Shown here: in pieces, positions 1 through 9,043 of the stretch
How positions within the stretch are numbered: the stretch's first letter is position 1
Layout of the letters: every line of letters starts with the position of its first letter
DNA from: Candidatus Deferrimicrobiaceae bacterium
Lineage (GTDB): Bacteria; Desulfobacterota; Deferrimicrobia; Deferrimicrobiales; Deferrimicrobiaceae
Length of the DNA stretch: 64,000 nt
Assembly: GCA_963792415.1 (NCBI GenBank)
Contig: CAWBVY010000001.1
Coordinates: 96,001-160,000, forward strand
Reading direction: 5' to 3'
Notes under the pieces: generated by a model
Told to the model about the DNA's origin: nothing
Seen by the model: only the letters and a program-made list of their open reading frames with translations
Databases searched by the model: none
Translations under genes and position numbers: made by a program

Positions 1-448
1 CGAGGGTGCCGGCCGCCTCGTCCCACGTCTTCACCGTGTCGCGGACGGGGATCACGGGGACCGCCGCCCCGTGCAGGAGGGCCTGTTCCGCGCACCGGTC
101 GAAGAGGCCGGGGGTCGCGAACGGCCGGACCGCGTCGTGCACGAGGAGGATCGATGCTTCCTTCGGCACGGCGGCGAGGGCGTTGCGGACCGAGTCGTGG
201 CGTTCCGCCCCCCCCTTGACCACCGCGATCACCTTCGGGAACCGGCGGTACGCCTCGCCCGTTTCGGGAGCGGCGTCGGCGGGGAGGGCGAGGACGATCG
301 CGTCGACGCTGGGGGCGGCGGAAACCGAGGAGAGCGTCCGGTCCAGGAGGGACCGGCCGCCGACGGAGAGAAACTGCTTCGGCACGGCGGAACCCATCCG
401 GCGCCCCGTTCCGCCAGCGACGACGATGACCACCGTACCGACCAACAC
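1..448 (-). CDS. ispD: 2-C-methyl-D-erythritol 4-phosphate cytidylyltransferase (3' end runs off window)
   Basis: Manual minus-strand translation: VIVVAGGTGRRMGSAVPKQFL...GGAERHDSVRNAL...LLVHDAVRPF...VIPVRDTVK (IspD motifs). Follows carD. Start GTG 448 or TTG 445 after GGAGG. Confidence 0.92.
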   Translation of the reverse strand, partial: MLVGTVVIVVAGGTGRRMGSAVPKQFLSVGGRSLLDRTLSSVSAAPSVDAIVLALPADAAPETGEAYRRFPKVIAVVKGGAERHDSVRNALAAVPKEASILLVHDAVRPFATPGLFDRCAEQALLHGAAVPVIPVRDTVKTWDEAAGTL

Positions 449-533
449 GCCTCCGGAATGGATCGGGAACCGACCGATCCCGGGGAATCGGGTCCGCGAC
501 AGTTAGTGAGGAACCGCGAAGAAGCCCGTCGCC

Positions 534-1022
534 CTAAAGGTTCAGGAACTTGCGAAGATCCGCCTCGACGACCGCCTCCGTGACGGATTTCGCGATGGAA
601 ATCTCCTTCACGAGCAGGGAACGCGCCGAGTCCAGCATCTTCCGCTCGCCGAAGGAGAGGGCCTTCCCGTTTTTCAGGAGGAGAAGGTTGCGCAGCACCT
701 CGGCGATGTCGAACGGGGAGCCGGACTTGAGCTTTTCCATGTACATCCGGTACCGCCGGTTCCACGGCTTCGGCTCGAGCTCCACCTCGCGTTCCTTCAG
801 GATCTTGTAGACGGAGCGGACCGCCGAGGCGTCCATGATCGCCCGAAGGCCGACCTGCTCGGCGTTGCCCATCGGGATCATGATGGTGATCCCCGTGTCG
901 AGGATCCTCAGGACGTAAAACGACTCCTTCTTGCCGTCGTTGAAGCACTTCGTCTCGATCTTTTCGACGATTCCGACCCCGTGTGCGGGGTATACTGCCA
1001 TATCCCCTGCCTTGAAATCCAC
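534..1022 (-). CDS. carD: CarD/CdnL family RNA polymerase-binding regulator
   Basis: FKAGDMAVYPAHGVGIVEKIE...WNRRYR...LSFGERKML. GTG start 1022 with GGAGG at 1028-1032. It is the C-terminal 162 aa of ORF 534..2102. Confidence 0.93.
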   Translation of the reverse strand: MDFKAGDMAVYPAHGVGIVEKIETKCFNDGKKESFYVLRILDTGITIMIPMGNAEQVGLRAIMDASAVRSVYKILKEREVELEPKPWNRRYRMYMEKLKSGSPFDIAEVLRNLLLLKNGKALSFGERKMLDSARSLLVKEISIAKSVTEAVVEADLRKFLNL

Positions 1023-1074
1023 GCGGACCTCCAGAGGATTCTTGCCGACGAGCAGGATCCCTTTTTTTCGGTGT

Positions 1075-1103
1075 ATTATAGGGTATTTTCGCATTAACGT
1101 CAA
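1075..1103 (-). promoter_or_regulatory. sigma70-type promoter for carD-ispD
   Basis: TTGACG-N17-TATAAT on the minus strand, in an AT-rich divergent spacer. Confidence 0.75.
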
Positions 1104-1118
1104 CGCGAGGCATCCTCG

Positions 1119-2186
1119 ATGCAATCGACCGTCTGGTTCACCGATCTTTCCGCGCGCCCGGGGAACAGCCTGATCGACAAGACGGGGGCGCTCCTGCGGG
1201 CGGCCGGGATCCGGGAGCGGATCGGACGGGGCGCCCTGACCGCCGTCAAGCTCCACTTCGGGGAGAAGGGGAACACCGCCTTCCTCCGCCCGATCTTCGT
1301 CCGCAAGGTCGTCGAGGAGATCGCCGCCGCCGGGGGCAGGCCGTTCCTGACCGACACGAACACGCTGTATGTCGGCACCCGGAGCAACGCGGTCGATCAC
1401 CTGAACACCGCGATTACAAACGGATTTGCCTGGGCCGTGGCGGGGGCGCCCCTCGTCGTGGCGGACGGGCTCCGCGGGGAAAGCGCCGTCCGGGTGCCGA
1501 TCGCGGGGAGGATCTTCCGCGAGGTTTCGATCGGGGCCGAAATCGTTCACGCGGACGCGCTGGTCGTGGTCACCCATTTCAAGGGGCACGAACTCTCCGG
1601 GTTCGGGGGTACGCTGAAAAACCTCGGGATGGGTTGCGCGGCGCGCTCCGGAAAGCTTTCCCAGCACTCCTCGGTGTCGCCCGCCGTCGATCCCTCGGGG
1701 TGCACGGGGTGCGGGACCTGCGTCGCCCACTGCCCGTCGGGAGCGATCGTCGTCATGGAAACGAAGGCGGCGATCTCGCAGGAATCGTGCATCGGGTGCG
1801 CGGACTGCATCGTCGTCTGCCCCGAGGGGACGGTGAACGTGGACTGGAACGAGGCGTCCTCGACGGTACAGGAAAAGATGGCCGAGCACGCGCTCGGGGC
1901 CGTCTCTGGGAAGCGGTCGTCTTCCCTGTTCCTCTCCTTCGTCACCCAGGTCTCCCCGTATTGCGACTGCTACGGCCACAACGACCGCCCGGTCGCGCCC
2001 GACGTCGGGATTCTCGCTTCCGACGATCCCGTGGCGCTCGACCAGGCGTGCGTCGATCTCGTCATCAAGGCGTCGGGGATCGACCCGTTCCGGGCGACGC
2101 ACCCCTCCGTGGACTGGTCCATCCAGCTTTCCCGCGCGGAGGAACTGGGCCTGGGAACCCGCGACTACCGGCTGGAGTCCCTGTGA
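1119..2186 (+). CDS. DUF362 domain protein with 2x[4Fe-4S] ferredoxin insert
   Basis: VKLHFGEKGN, HFKGH, GGTLKNLGMGCA, two CxxCxxCxxxCP motifs, SPYCDC. Confidence 0.88.
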   Translation: MQSTVWFTDLSARPGNSLIDKTGALLRAAGIRERIGRGALTAVKLHFGEKGNTAFLRPIFVRKVVEEIAAAGGRPFLTDTNTLYVGTRSNAVDHLNTAITNGFAWAVAGAPLVVADGLRGESAVRVPIAGRIFREVSIGAEIVHADALVVVTHFKGHELSGFGGTLKNLGMGCAARSGKLSQHSSVSPAVDPSGCTGCGTCVAHCPSGAIVVMETKAAISQESCIGCADCIVVCPEGTVNVDWNEASSTVQEKMAEHALGAVSGKRSSSLFLSFVTQVSPYCDCYGHNDRPVAPDVGILASDDPVALDQACVDLVIKASGIDPFRATHPSVDWSIQLSRAEELGLGTRDYRLESL

Positions 2187-2980
2187 CCCCGGAACGGAAG
2201 CTGTACGCCGGGATCGACATCGGTTCCCTCTCCACCGACGTGGTCCTGCTCGACGGGAACCTTGAAGTCGTCGGATCGGCCATCACCGCCACCGGCGCCT
2301 CCACGCGGAAAGCCGCCCGGGAGGCGCTCGACGCGGCCCTCCGGGCCGGAGGGGCGGCGGAGCGGGAGATCGCCTTCACCGTCGCGACGGGGTACGGAAG
2401 GGAATCGGTGGAGGGGGCCGACCTCCGCGTCACGGAGATCACGTGCCACGCCCGGGGGGCGCGGCGACTCTTCCCCGACGCGCGCACGGTCCTCGACATC
2501 GGCGGGCAGGACAGCAAGGTGATCCGGCTGGGTCCGGACGGAAAAGTCGCCGACTTCGCCATGAACGACAAGTGCGCCGCGGGGACCGGGAGGTTCCTCG
2601 AGGTGATGGCCAGGACGCTCGAGATGGACCTGGAACGGATGGGAGAGCGCTCCCTCCTCGCCACCCGGTCGCTCACCGTGAGCTCCACCTGCACGGTCTT
2701 CGCCGAATCGGAGGTCGTTTCCCTCATCGCTTCGGGAGCCGCGCCGGAGGAGATCGCCTGGGGGGTGCACCTCGCGATCTCGGAGCGGATCGCCGCCCTC
2801 GCGGAGCGGCCCGGGATGGCTCCCCCCGCGGTCCTGACCGGCGGCGTTGCGAAGAACCCGGGGGCGCGCAAGGCGCTCGAGGACCGGTTCGGGATCCGCT
2901 TCCTCGTGCCGGACGAGCCGCAGCTCACCGGCGCGCTGGGCGCGGCGCTGATCGCCTTCGAGCGCGCCGCGGCCCTCTAG
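2183..2980 (+). CDS. 2-hydroxyacyl-CoA dehydratase activase (HgdC/BadF-type ASKHA ATPase)
   Basis: GIDIGSLST, ATGYGR, EITCHARG, DIGGQDSK, MNDKCAAGTGRFLE, STCTVFAESE. GTG overlaps the upstream TGA. Confidence 0.9.
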   Translation: MTPERKLYAGIDIGSLSTDVVLLDGNLEVVGSAITATGASTRKAAREALDAALRAGGAAEREIAFTVATGYGRESVEGADLRVTEITCHARGARRLFPDARTVLDIGGQDSKVIRLGPDGKVADFAMNDKCAAGTGRFLEVMARTLEMDLERMGERSLLATRSLTVSSTCTVFAESEVVSLIASGAAPEEIAWGVHLAISERIAALAERPGMAPPAVLTGGVAKNPGARKALEDRFGIRFLVPDEPQLTGALGAALIAFERAAAL

Positions 2981-4125
2981 GCCCGGGAGCGTTCCTCGCG
3001 CAGGATCGCGAAGAATCGGTCGATCTCCTCGGGGGTGTTGTAGAAGTGCGGGGAGACGCGGATCCCCTTGGCCCGGTGGGAGCAGACCGCCTTCCGGTTC
3101 AGGAGGGCCCTCCAGAGGGCGGCGTTGTCCGCCTCCGGAACGCGGAACGTGACGATCCCCGACCGCTCCTCGGGGTGGTCGGGGGAAACCAGCAGGCACC
3201 CCTCCTCCCCCACCCGTTCGCGGATCCGCTCCGTGAGGCGGCGCACCCGCTCCCAGATCCGGTCCACCCCGAGCGACAGCAGCAGCTCGAGCGAGGCGTT
3301 GAACGCCGACAGGCCGACCGTGTTCATGCTTCCCGGCTCGTACCGCCGGGCGTCGGGGGAAAGGCGGAAGTCGTAATTCTCGAAGTCGAACCGGTTCTTC
3401 ACGGAGTGCCACCCGAGGATCACCGGCTCGACCATCTCCATGACGTCCCGGGAGATGTAGAAGCCGCCGATCCCCTCCGGCGACAGAAGCCATTTGTGGC
3501 CGTCCGCGGAGAGGGCGTCGATGCCGAAGGACTTCACGTCCATCGGGAGGACACCCAGGGACTGGATCGCATCCACACAGAAGAAGATGCCGTGCCTCTG
3601 GCAATACTCCCCGATACCCGCCAGGTCGTTCCGGTATCCGTTCGAAAATTCCACGGACGAGAGGGTGATCAGGCGGGTCTTCCCGTCGCACGCGTCGAAC
3701 AGGTCCTCCTTGCGCACCCTCCCCTCGCGCGCGGGGACCATCCGGACCTCCACGTTGCGCGTCCGGAGCCGGAGCCAGGGATACACGTTGGAGGGGTACT
3801 CGACGTTCGACGTGACCAGGTTGTCCCCTTCCTTCCAGGGGAAACCGGCGGCGATGAAGGAAAGCCCCTCGGAGGTGTTCTTCACGAAGGCGATCTCGTC
3901 CGGTGAGGCGCCGACGATCCGCGCGAACCGGCCCCGCGTCTCGTTCGCCAGCTCCTCCCATTTCCGGAGGCGGAAGGCGCCCTCGTCCCGGGCGAGCTGC
4001 AGCATGTGGATCCCCGCCTCGGCGGAGCTCGCCGGGATGGGCGATACGCCCGCGTGGTTGAAGTACAGGAAATCTCCGGTGACCGGAAACTCCGCGGCCC
4101 GGATCGGCTCGACATCGATCGGCAA
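2977..4125 (-). CDS. Class V PLP-dependent aminotransferase/C-S lyase
   Basis: YFNHAGVSP, NTSEGL, VDAIQSLG, ADGHKWLL (PLP lysine), IRVSPHFYN. TTG start 4125 inferred from RBS. Confidence 0.88.
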   Translation of the reverse strand: MPIDVEPIRAAEFPVTGDFLYFNHAGVSPIPASSAEAGIHMLQLARDEGAFRLRKWEELANETRGRFARIVGASPDEIAFVKNTSEGLSFIAAGFPWKEGDNLVTSNVEYPSNVYPWLRLRTRNVEVRMVPAREGRVRKEDLFDACDGKTRLITLSSVEFSNGYRNDLAGIGEYCQRHGIFFCVDAIQSLGVLPMDVKSFGIDALSADGHKWLLSPEGIGGFYISRDVMEMVEPVILGWHSVKNRFDFENYDFRLSPDARRYEPGSMNTVGLSAFNASLELLLSLGVDRIWERVRRLTERIRERVGEEGCLLVSPDHPEERSGIVTFRVPEADNAALWRALLNRKAVCSHRAKGIRVSPHFYNTPEEIDRFFAILREERSRA

Positions 4126-4147
4126 AGTGTCCCCCCAGGCCGGCCTT

Positions 4148-4177
4148 TTCAAGGCCGGTCCGGTTATACGGTATAAT
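4148..4177 (+). promoter_or_regulatory. sigma70-type promoter, probably leaderless, for the moeB operon
   Basis: TTCAAG-N18-TATAAT ending 6 nt before ATG 4184; no Shine-Dalgarno. Confidence 0.55.
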
Positions 4178-4183
4178 ATTTCG

Positions 4184-4996
4184 ATGGTTTGGTCAGGCGA
4201 AAACACATTGCGGTACAGCCGGAACATCCTCGTCGAGGAACTGGGAGAGGCCGGACAGGAGCGGCTCTTCGCGTCGTCCGTGCTCGTCGTGGGCGCCGGG
4301 GGGCTGGGGTCCCCCGCCCTTCTCTACCTCGCCGCCGCGGGGATCGGACGGATCGGGGTGATCGACGACGACCGGGTGGACATCTCCAACTTCAACCGCC
4401 AGGTGATCCACCGGTCCGACGCCGTGGGCCAGTGGAAGACCGCCTCGGCGGCCGCGGCGCTGCGGACGTTCCGGACGGACCTGACGGTCGACGCCTACCC
4501 GGAGGCGCTCACCGCGGCGAACGCCGCCGCGCTGTTCCGGAAATACGACGCCGTCGTGGACGGCAGCGACAACTTCCCGACGAAGTACCTGTGCAACGAC
4601 GCGGCGGTGGTGACCGGCCGACCGCTCGTGCACGCCGGGGTCCTGCGGTTCGGCGGCCAGATGCTCACGGTCGTCCCCGGCGCGGGACCTTGCCTGCGGT
4701 GCGTGATCCCACGGATCCCGTCGCGGAAGGACTCCCCCGGGTGCGCCGAGGCCGGCATCGTCGGCGCGGCCGCGGGCGTCGTCGGCGCGTGGCAGGCGAT
4801 GGAGGCGATCAAGCTGCTCTCGTTCGCCGCACCGTCGCCGGCGGGGAAATTGCTGACCATCGACACGCTTTCGAACGAGGTGTCGTGCCTCACGGTCGTC
4901 CGCGACCGGTCGTGCCCCGCGTGCGGGGAAGATCCCCGGATCACGGAGCCGCTGTCCGACGCCGAATACGATCCCGAACGGAGTTGCGCCGTATGA
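4184..4996 (+). CDS. moeB: HesA/MoeB/ThiF family adenylyltransferase (E1-like)
   Basis: RYSRNI, VGAGGLGSP, SNFNRQ, DGSDNF, two CxxC Zn motifs. Confidence 0.9.
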   Translation: MVWSGENTLRYSRNILVEELGEAGQERLFASSVLVVGAGGLGSPALLYLAAAGIGRIGVIDDDRVDISNFNRQVIHRSDAVGQWKTASAAAALRTFRTDLTVDAYPEALTAANAAALFRKYDAVVDGSDNFPTKYLCNDAAVVTGRPLVHAGVLRFGGQMLTVVPGAGPCLRCVIPRIPSRKDSPGCAEAGIVGAAAGVVGAWQAMEAIKLLSFAAPSPAGKLLTIDTLSNEVSCLTVVRDRSCPACGEDPRITEPLSDAEYDPERSCAV

Positions 4997-6033
4997 GCCT
5001 CCCCGCGACCCTCTCTCCTCCACGGAAGGCGGTCATTCTCCTCTCGGGGGGGCTCGACAGCACCCTGGCGGCCCGCATCGTCCGGGACCAGGGGATCGAG
5101 CTTCACGCGATCCATTTCACCTCGCCGTTCTGCACCTGCTCCCACAAGGGCCCGGGGAACGGGAACGGGTGCCGCTCGGCGGCGCAGGAGGTCGCGGTGG
5201 GGATGGGGATCCCGATCCGGACCGTTTCGAAGGGCGAGGAGTACCTCGAGATCGTCAAGCGCCCCCGGCACGGCCGGGGGTCGGCGATGAACCCGTGCAT
5301 CGACTGCCGGATCTTCACCCTGCGGAAGGCGAAGGCGTTCATGGAGGAGATCGGCGCCTCCTTCCTGGTCACCGGGGAGGTCGTCGGGCAGCGGCCGATG
5401 TCCCAGCGGGACGACGCGCTGCGCGGCATCGAGAAGCACAGCGGATGCGCGGGGATCATCCTGCGCCCGCTTTCCGCCCACCACCTCCCCCCCTCGCTGC
5501 CGGAGCGGGAAGGCTGGGTGGACCGGGAGAAACTGCTCGCGATCACGGGGCGCTCCCGCAAGGAGCAGATCCGGCTCGCGGAGGAGTTCGGAATCGGCGA
5601 CTACCCGTGCCCCGCGGGGGGATGCATGTTGACCGACCGGACCTTCTCCCTCAAGGTGCGGGATCTCCTCGACCACCACCCTTCCTTCGGGATGCACGAA
5701 GTCCTCCTCCTGAAGGCGGGCCGCCATTTCCGCGTTCGGGGGATCCGGGCGATCGTGGCGAAAAGCGAGGGGGAGAACCGCCGGCTCGAGGCCCTCTGCC
5801 GGGGGAGGGACACCGTCTACGTGGCGCACAGCCACCCGGGCCCGTCCGTGACGCTCCTGGGCGGAAGCGAGGAGGAACGCCTCGATCTGCTCTCCCGGAT
5901 CTTCACCCGGTACGGCAAGGCTGGGTCGGTCGGTTCCTACGAAATCCGGGAGATCGCGCCCGGCGGGGAGCGACTCGTGACCGTGCCCGAAAACCCGGAC
6001 TTCGAGGAGGTCGGGCGTGGACTCCTCTGCTGA
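4993..6033 (+). CDS. PP-loop tRNA thiouridylase-like protein (ThiI/MnmA-like, Fe-S type)
   Basis: LLSGGLDS, NPCIDCR, TGEVVGQRPMSQ, PAGGC. ATGA overlap with moeB. Confidence 0.82.
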   Translation: MSLPATLSPPRKAVILLSGGLDSTLAARIVRDQGIELHAIHFTSPFCTCSHKGPGNGNGCRSAAQEVAVGMGIPIRTVSKGEEYLEIVKRPRHGRGSAMNPCIDCRIFTLRKAKAFMEEIGASFLVTGEVVGQRPMSQRDDALRGIEKHSGCAGIILRPLSAHHLPPSLPEREGWVDREKLLAITGRSRKEQIRLAEEFGIGDYPCPAGGCMLTDRTFSLKVRDLLDHHPSFGMHEVLLLKAGRHFRVRGIRAIVAKSEGENRRLEALCRGRDTVYVAHSHPGPSVTLLGGSEEERLDLLSRIFTRYGKAGSVGSYEIREIAPGGERLVTVPENPDFEEVGRGLLC

Positions 6034-6904
6034 CAAACGGAACGGCGCCCCGACGCCGGACGACCTTCGCCGCTACGAGGCGTTGCTCGAGGAGCTCCGC
6101 CGGATGGGGTCGGCCGTCGTCGCCTTCAGCGGCGGGGTGGACAGTTCGTTCCTGCTGCACGCAGCGAAGGCGGCGATGGGAGACCGGGTCCTGGCCGTCA
6201 CCGCGACGTCGCCGACGTACCCCCGCTCCGAGCGGGAGGAGGCTTCGCGGCTCGCCCGCTCGTGGGGCGTGGCGCACCGTCTCGTCGAGTCGAACGAGCT
6301 GGAGATCCCCGGCTTCTCCGCGAACCCTCCGGACCGGTGCTACCACTGCAAAAAGGAGCTGTTCGGGATCCTCGCCGGGATCGCCCGCGAAGAGGGGTAC
6401 GCGGCCGTGTGCGACGGATCGAACGCCGACGACCGGCACGACTTCCGGCCGGGGCGCCGCGCCGCGAAGGAGCTCGCCGTCCGCAGCCCGCTGCTCGAGA
6501 ACGGACTGGGCAAGCCGGCGATCCGCCGCCTGAGCCGGAGCTTCGGTCTCCCCACGGCGGACCGCGGTTCGTTCGCGTGCCTCTCCTCGCGCTTCCCGTA
6601 CGGAACGACGATCGACGAGGAGTCGCTGCGACGCGTGGAGGCGTGCGAGGAGGTGCTGCGGGGGTTCGGATTCCGGCAGTTCCGGGTGCGCGTCCACGGC
6701 GCGGTGGCGCGCATCGAAGTGGGGACGGACGAGATCCCGCGCCTCTTCGAGCCGGAGATCTCCGGGGCGATCCACGATCGGTTCCGGGAGAACGGCTTTC
6801 TCTACGTCTCCGTGGACATCCGGGGGTACCGCACGGGTTCGATGAACGAGGGGCTGCCGGCATCGACCCTGGGACTCGTCGCAGGACCGCCCGAAGATCT
6901 GTAG
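6017..6904 (+). CDS. larE: LarE-family ATP-dependent sulfur transferase
   Basis: AFSGGVDSS, RCYHCK, DGSNADD, RPGRRA, ACLSSRFPYG, GYRTGSMN. Confidence 0.9.
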   Translation: MDSSADKRNGAPTPDDLRRYEALLEELRRMGSAVVAFSGGVDSSFLLHAAKAAMGDRVLAVTATSPTYPRSEREEASRLARSWGVAHRLVESNELEIPGFSANPPDRCYHCKKELFGILAGIAREEGYAAVCDGSNADDRHDFRPGRRAAKELAVRSPLLENGLGKPAIRRLSRSFGLPTADRGSFACLSSRFPYGTTIDEESLRRVEACEEVLRGFGFRQFRVRVHGAVARIEVGTDEIPRLFEPEISGAIHDRFRENGFLYVSVDIRGYRTGSMNEGLPASTLGLVAGPPEDL

Positions 6905-7066
6905 GTGAGGCTCCATCGCCTCGGAGGGCGGGGCTCCGTTCGTGGCTCGCCGTGCGATGAACCCGCACGGCTGCGCTTTACCTCACTACGCCCCCCCTCC
7001 TGCGGCGACTCCGCCGGACCTCCCGTAACGGGACACTTAGTGCGGCGGCGCACCCCACTCACCTAC
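6901..7066. repeat. REP/REPIN-like palindromic intergenic element
   Basis: Terminal inverted repeat GTAGGTGAG...CTCACCTAC. GTAG is followed by a GAGGC/GCCTC hairpin; internal hairpin GCCGTGCG/CGCACGGC at 6949-6971. Confidence 0.6.
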
Positions 7067-7592
7067 GAAATGCGCTCCCTGGGGTACCCCCGCCGTAGGA
7101 AGAACGGGGGGTACAGTCGCCGCCTTCGCCGCGGATCTTTTCGATCGCGTGGGGGAGGGCGGGAAGAAGAACCGCCAGGTTCTCCGTGGCGCCGCCGGGG
7201 CTCCCCGGCAGGTTGACGATCAGCGTCTTCCCGCGGATGCCGACCACGGCGCGGGACAGCATCGCCGCGGGTACCCGCTTGAGGCTTTCCGCCCGCATCG
7301 CCTCCGCCATCCCGGGTACTTCCCGGTCCAGGATCTCCCGGGTGGCGTCCGGCGTGACGTCGCGCGGGTCGACCCCCGTTCCCCCGGTAGTCACGACCAG
7401 GTCGAGCTCGAGCGCGTCGCAGAAGTGGAGAAGGGCGCGGCGGATGAAGGAAACCTCGTCGGGGATCACCACCTGCTGCGCGATCTCCGCGGGAAGCGAC
7501 CGGAGCATCTCCGCCACGGCGGGACCGGAAGCGTCGGGACGCTCCTTCCGGAACGACCGGTCGGACATGGTGATCACGGCGGCGCGGAACAC
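7059..7592 (-). CDS. mogA: Molybdopterin adenylyltransferase (MogA/MoaB family)
   Basis: ITMSD, DASGP, TTGGTG..PRDVTPDAT, NLPGSP. Confidence 0.9.
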   Translation of the reverse strand: MFRAAVITMSDRSFRKERPDASGPAVAEMLRSLPAEIAQQVVIPDEVSFIRRALLHFCDALELDLVVTTGGTGVDPRDVTPDATREILDREVPGMAEAMRAESLKRVPAAMLSRAVVGIRGKTLIVNLPGSPGGATENLAVLLPALPHAIEKIRGEGGDCTPRSSYGGGTPGSAFRR

Positions 7593-7602
7593 GCGGCGCC
7601 CC

Positions 7603-9042
7603 TCAGTTCTTCAGGATGTTCGACTTGAAGATCAGCTTCTCGTGGTCGTCGCCGTCTTCCGGGAACGAGGCGTGGCCGAACCGCACCTCGACGCGCGCGT
7701 CCCTGGCGCGGCGGCGGATCTCCTCGGCCTCGGCGGCGATCGCCTTCTTGATGCGCGGGATCGCGCTGATCTTGCCGTCCTCCGCCTCGGGAAGGATCAT
7801 CCCGAACTTCGCCTCGCTGATCCGGGCCACGATGTCGTACTCGCGAAGGGTGGCGCGGATCGCCTTCGCCACCTGCTTCATCACCCAGTCCGCGCGACCG
7901 GCGCGGGAACGCGATCCCGCAGGCACGTGCGCCTGGATCTCGCAGATCATCAGGACGAGTCGCCGCTGGAACCGCTTCGCCCGGCTGATCTCGTGCAGCA
8001 GGCGCTCCTGGAAATACTTGAGGGTGGGCAGCGAGGTCGTCTCGTCGAGGTTCCTCAGCCGGTCGTTCCGCTCGTAGGCGATCGCGTTCGCGACCGCCTT
8101 CTCGACGTACTTCAGGAATTTTCCGAACGTCGCGAGGTCCTCGGGGGTGAACGAGGAGGGGAAGAACGTCTTGTGGGGAAACTTGTCGAAGATCGTGGCG
8201 GTCCCGAGAATCTCCCCGTCACCCTGGAGCGGAATGCACGCGAGCGTCCGGGCGACCCCGGAGAATTCCTGCCAGCCGGGCTCCTGCGAGGCGTCGCGCA
8301 CGAGCACGGACGGCTCCCCCTTGAGGACGGCGGTAACCGCCTTCTTGTCCATGAGGAAGAGGTCCTTCTGCTCCCCTTCCGTCTTCATCCCGTAGTACTC
8401 GCGAATCCCGTACTTCCCGGTTTCCGGGTCGAGCAGGCGGATGACGCACGTCTCGGCCTCGAGGATGAGGCAGGCGGAGGTGGCCACCAGCTTGAGAAGC
8501 CTGGTCAGGTCGAGCGTCGAGATGATGTTGATCCCCGCCTCGTTGATCGCGGCGATCTTCGTCATCCGGAGGGCGGCGGACTCCTCCCGCAGGGACACCC
8601 CCACCGCGTCCGAGAGGAGGACGGCGGCGTCGGTGACCACCGACAGTTTCTCCTCGGGGAACTCCCCCTCGGAGACCGTCTGCACGACGAGCACCCCGTT
8701 GGGCTCCCCGGAGGAGAGGAGCGGGAACATCAGGACCGTCCCCCGCTTGCGGCTGTTCTCCGGCCTTTTCCCTTCGGAGAGGATGATGGGACGGTGCTCG
8801 GCGAGGCTGAGTTCCTCGAGCGTGCCTTCCGCCGGGAAGTGGAATTCCGGGGCGCCCGGCGTCGCGCGGCGGGTGCTGGTGCGAACGTAGAAGTCCTCGC
8901 TGTCGCGATCGAACAGGAGGACGGAGACGGTGCCCCCGCCGAGCCAGGCGGACAGCTCTCCGGAAAATTCCCGCAGACGTTCCTCGATCGGCTTCGCCGA
9001 GCGGAGGATCTCCCCGGCCTTTCTCGTGAAATCGTCGGGCAC
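7603..9042 (-). CDS. Tandem GAF + degenerate GGDEF protein (putative c-di-GMP receptor)
   Basis: Two GAF-like segments. C-terminal DETTSLPTLKYF...LREYDIVARISEAKF keeps RxxD while GGDEF is replaced. Confidence 0.78.
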   Translation of the reverse strand: MPDDFTRKAGEILRSAKPIEERLREFSGELSAWLGGGTVSVLLFDRDSEDFYVRTSTRRATPGAPEFHFPAEGTLEELSLAEHRPIILSEGKRPENSRKRGTVLMFPLLSSGEPNGVLVVQTVSEGEFPEEKLSVVTDAAVLLSDAVGVSLREESAALRMTKIAAINEAGINIISTLDLTRLLKLVATSACLILEAETCVIRLLDPETGKYGIREYYGMKTEGEQKDLFLMDKKAVTAVLKGEPSVLVRDASQEPGWQEFSGVARTLACIPLQGDGEILGTATIFDKFPHKTFFPSSFTPEDLATFGKFLKYVEKAVANAIAYERNDRLRNLDETTSLPTLKYFQERLLHEISRAKRFQRRLVLMICEIQAHVPAGSRSRAGRADWVMKQVAKAIRATLREYDIVARISEAKFGMILPEAEDGKISAIPRIKKAIAAEAEEIRRRARDARVEVRFGHASFPEDGDDHEKLIFKSNILKN

Positions 9043-9043
9043 G

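Noticed and set aside
455-533. tRNA or ncRNA between carD and ispD
   Set aside because: Only a short hairpin (GATCGG/CCGATC); no cloverleaf or T-loop.
1023-2102. Long N-terminal extension of CarD (522-aa ORF)
   Set aside because: Antisense to DUF362; a good RBS and promoter define the start at 1022.
2977-4125. Calling the PLP enzyme IscS/SufS
   Set aside because: The SSGSAC and RxGHHCA catalytic-cysteine motifs are absent.
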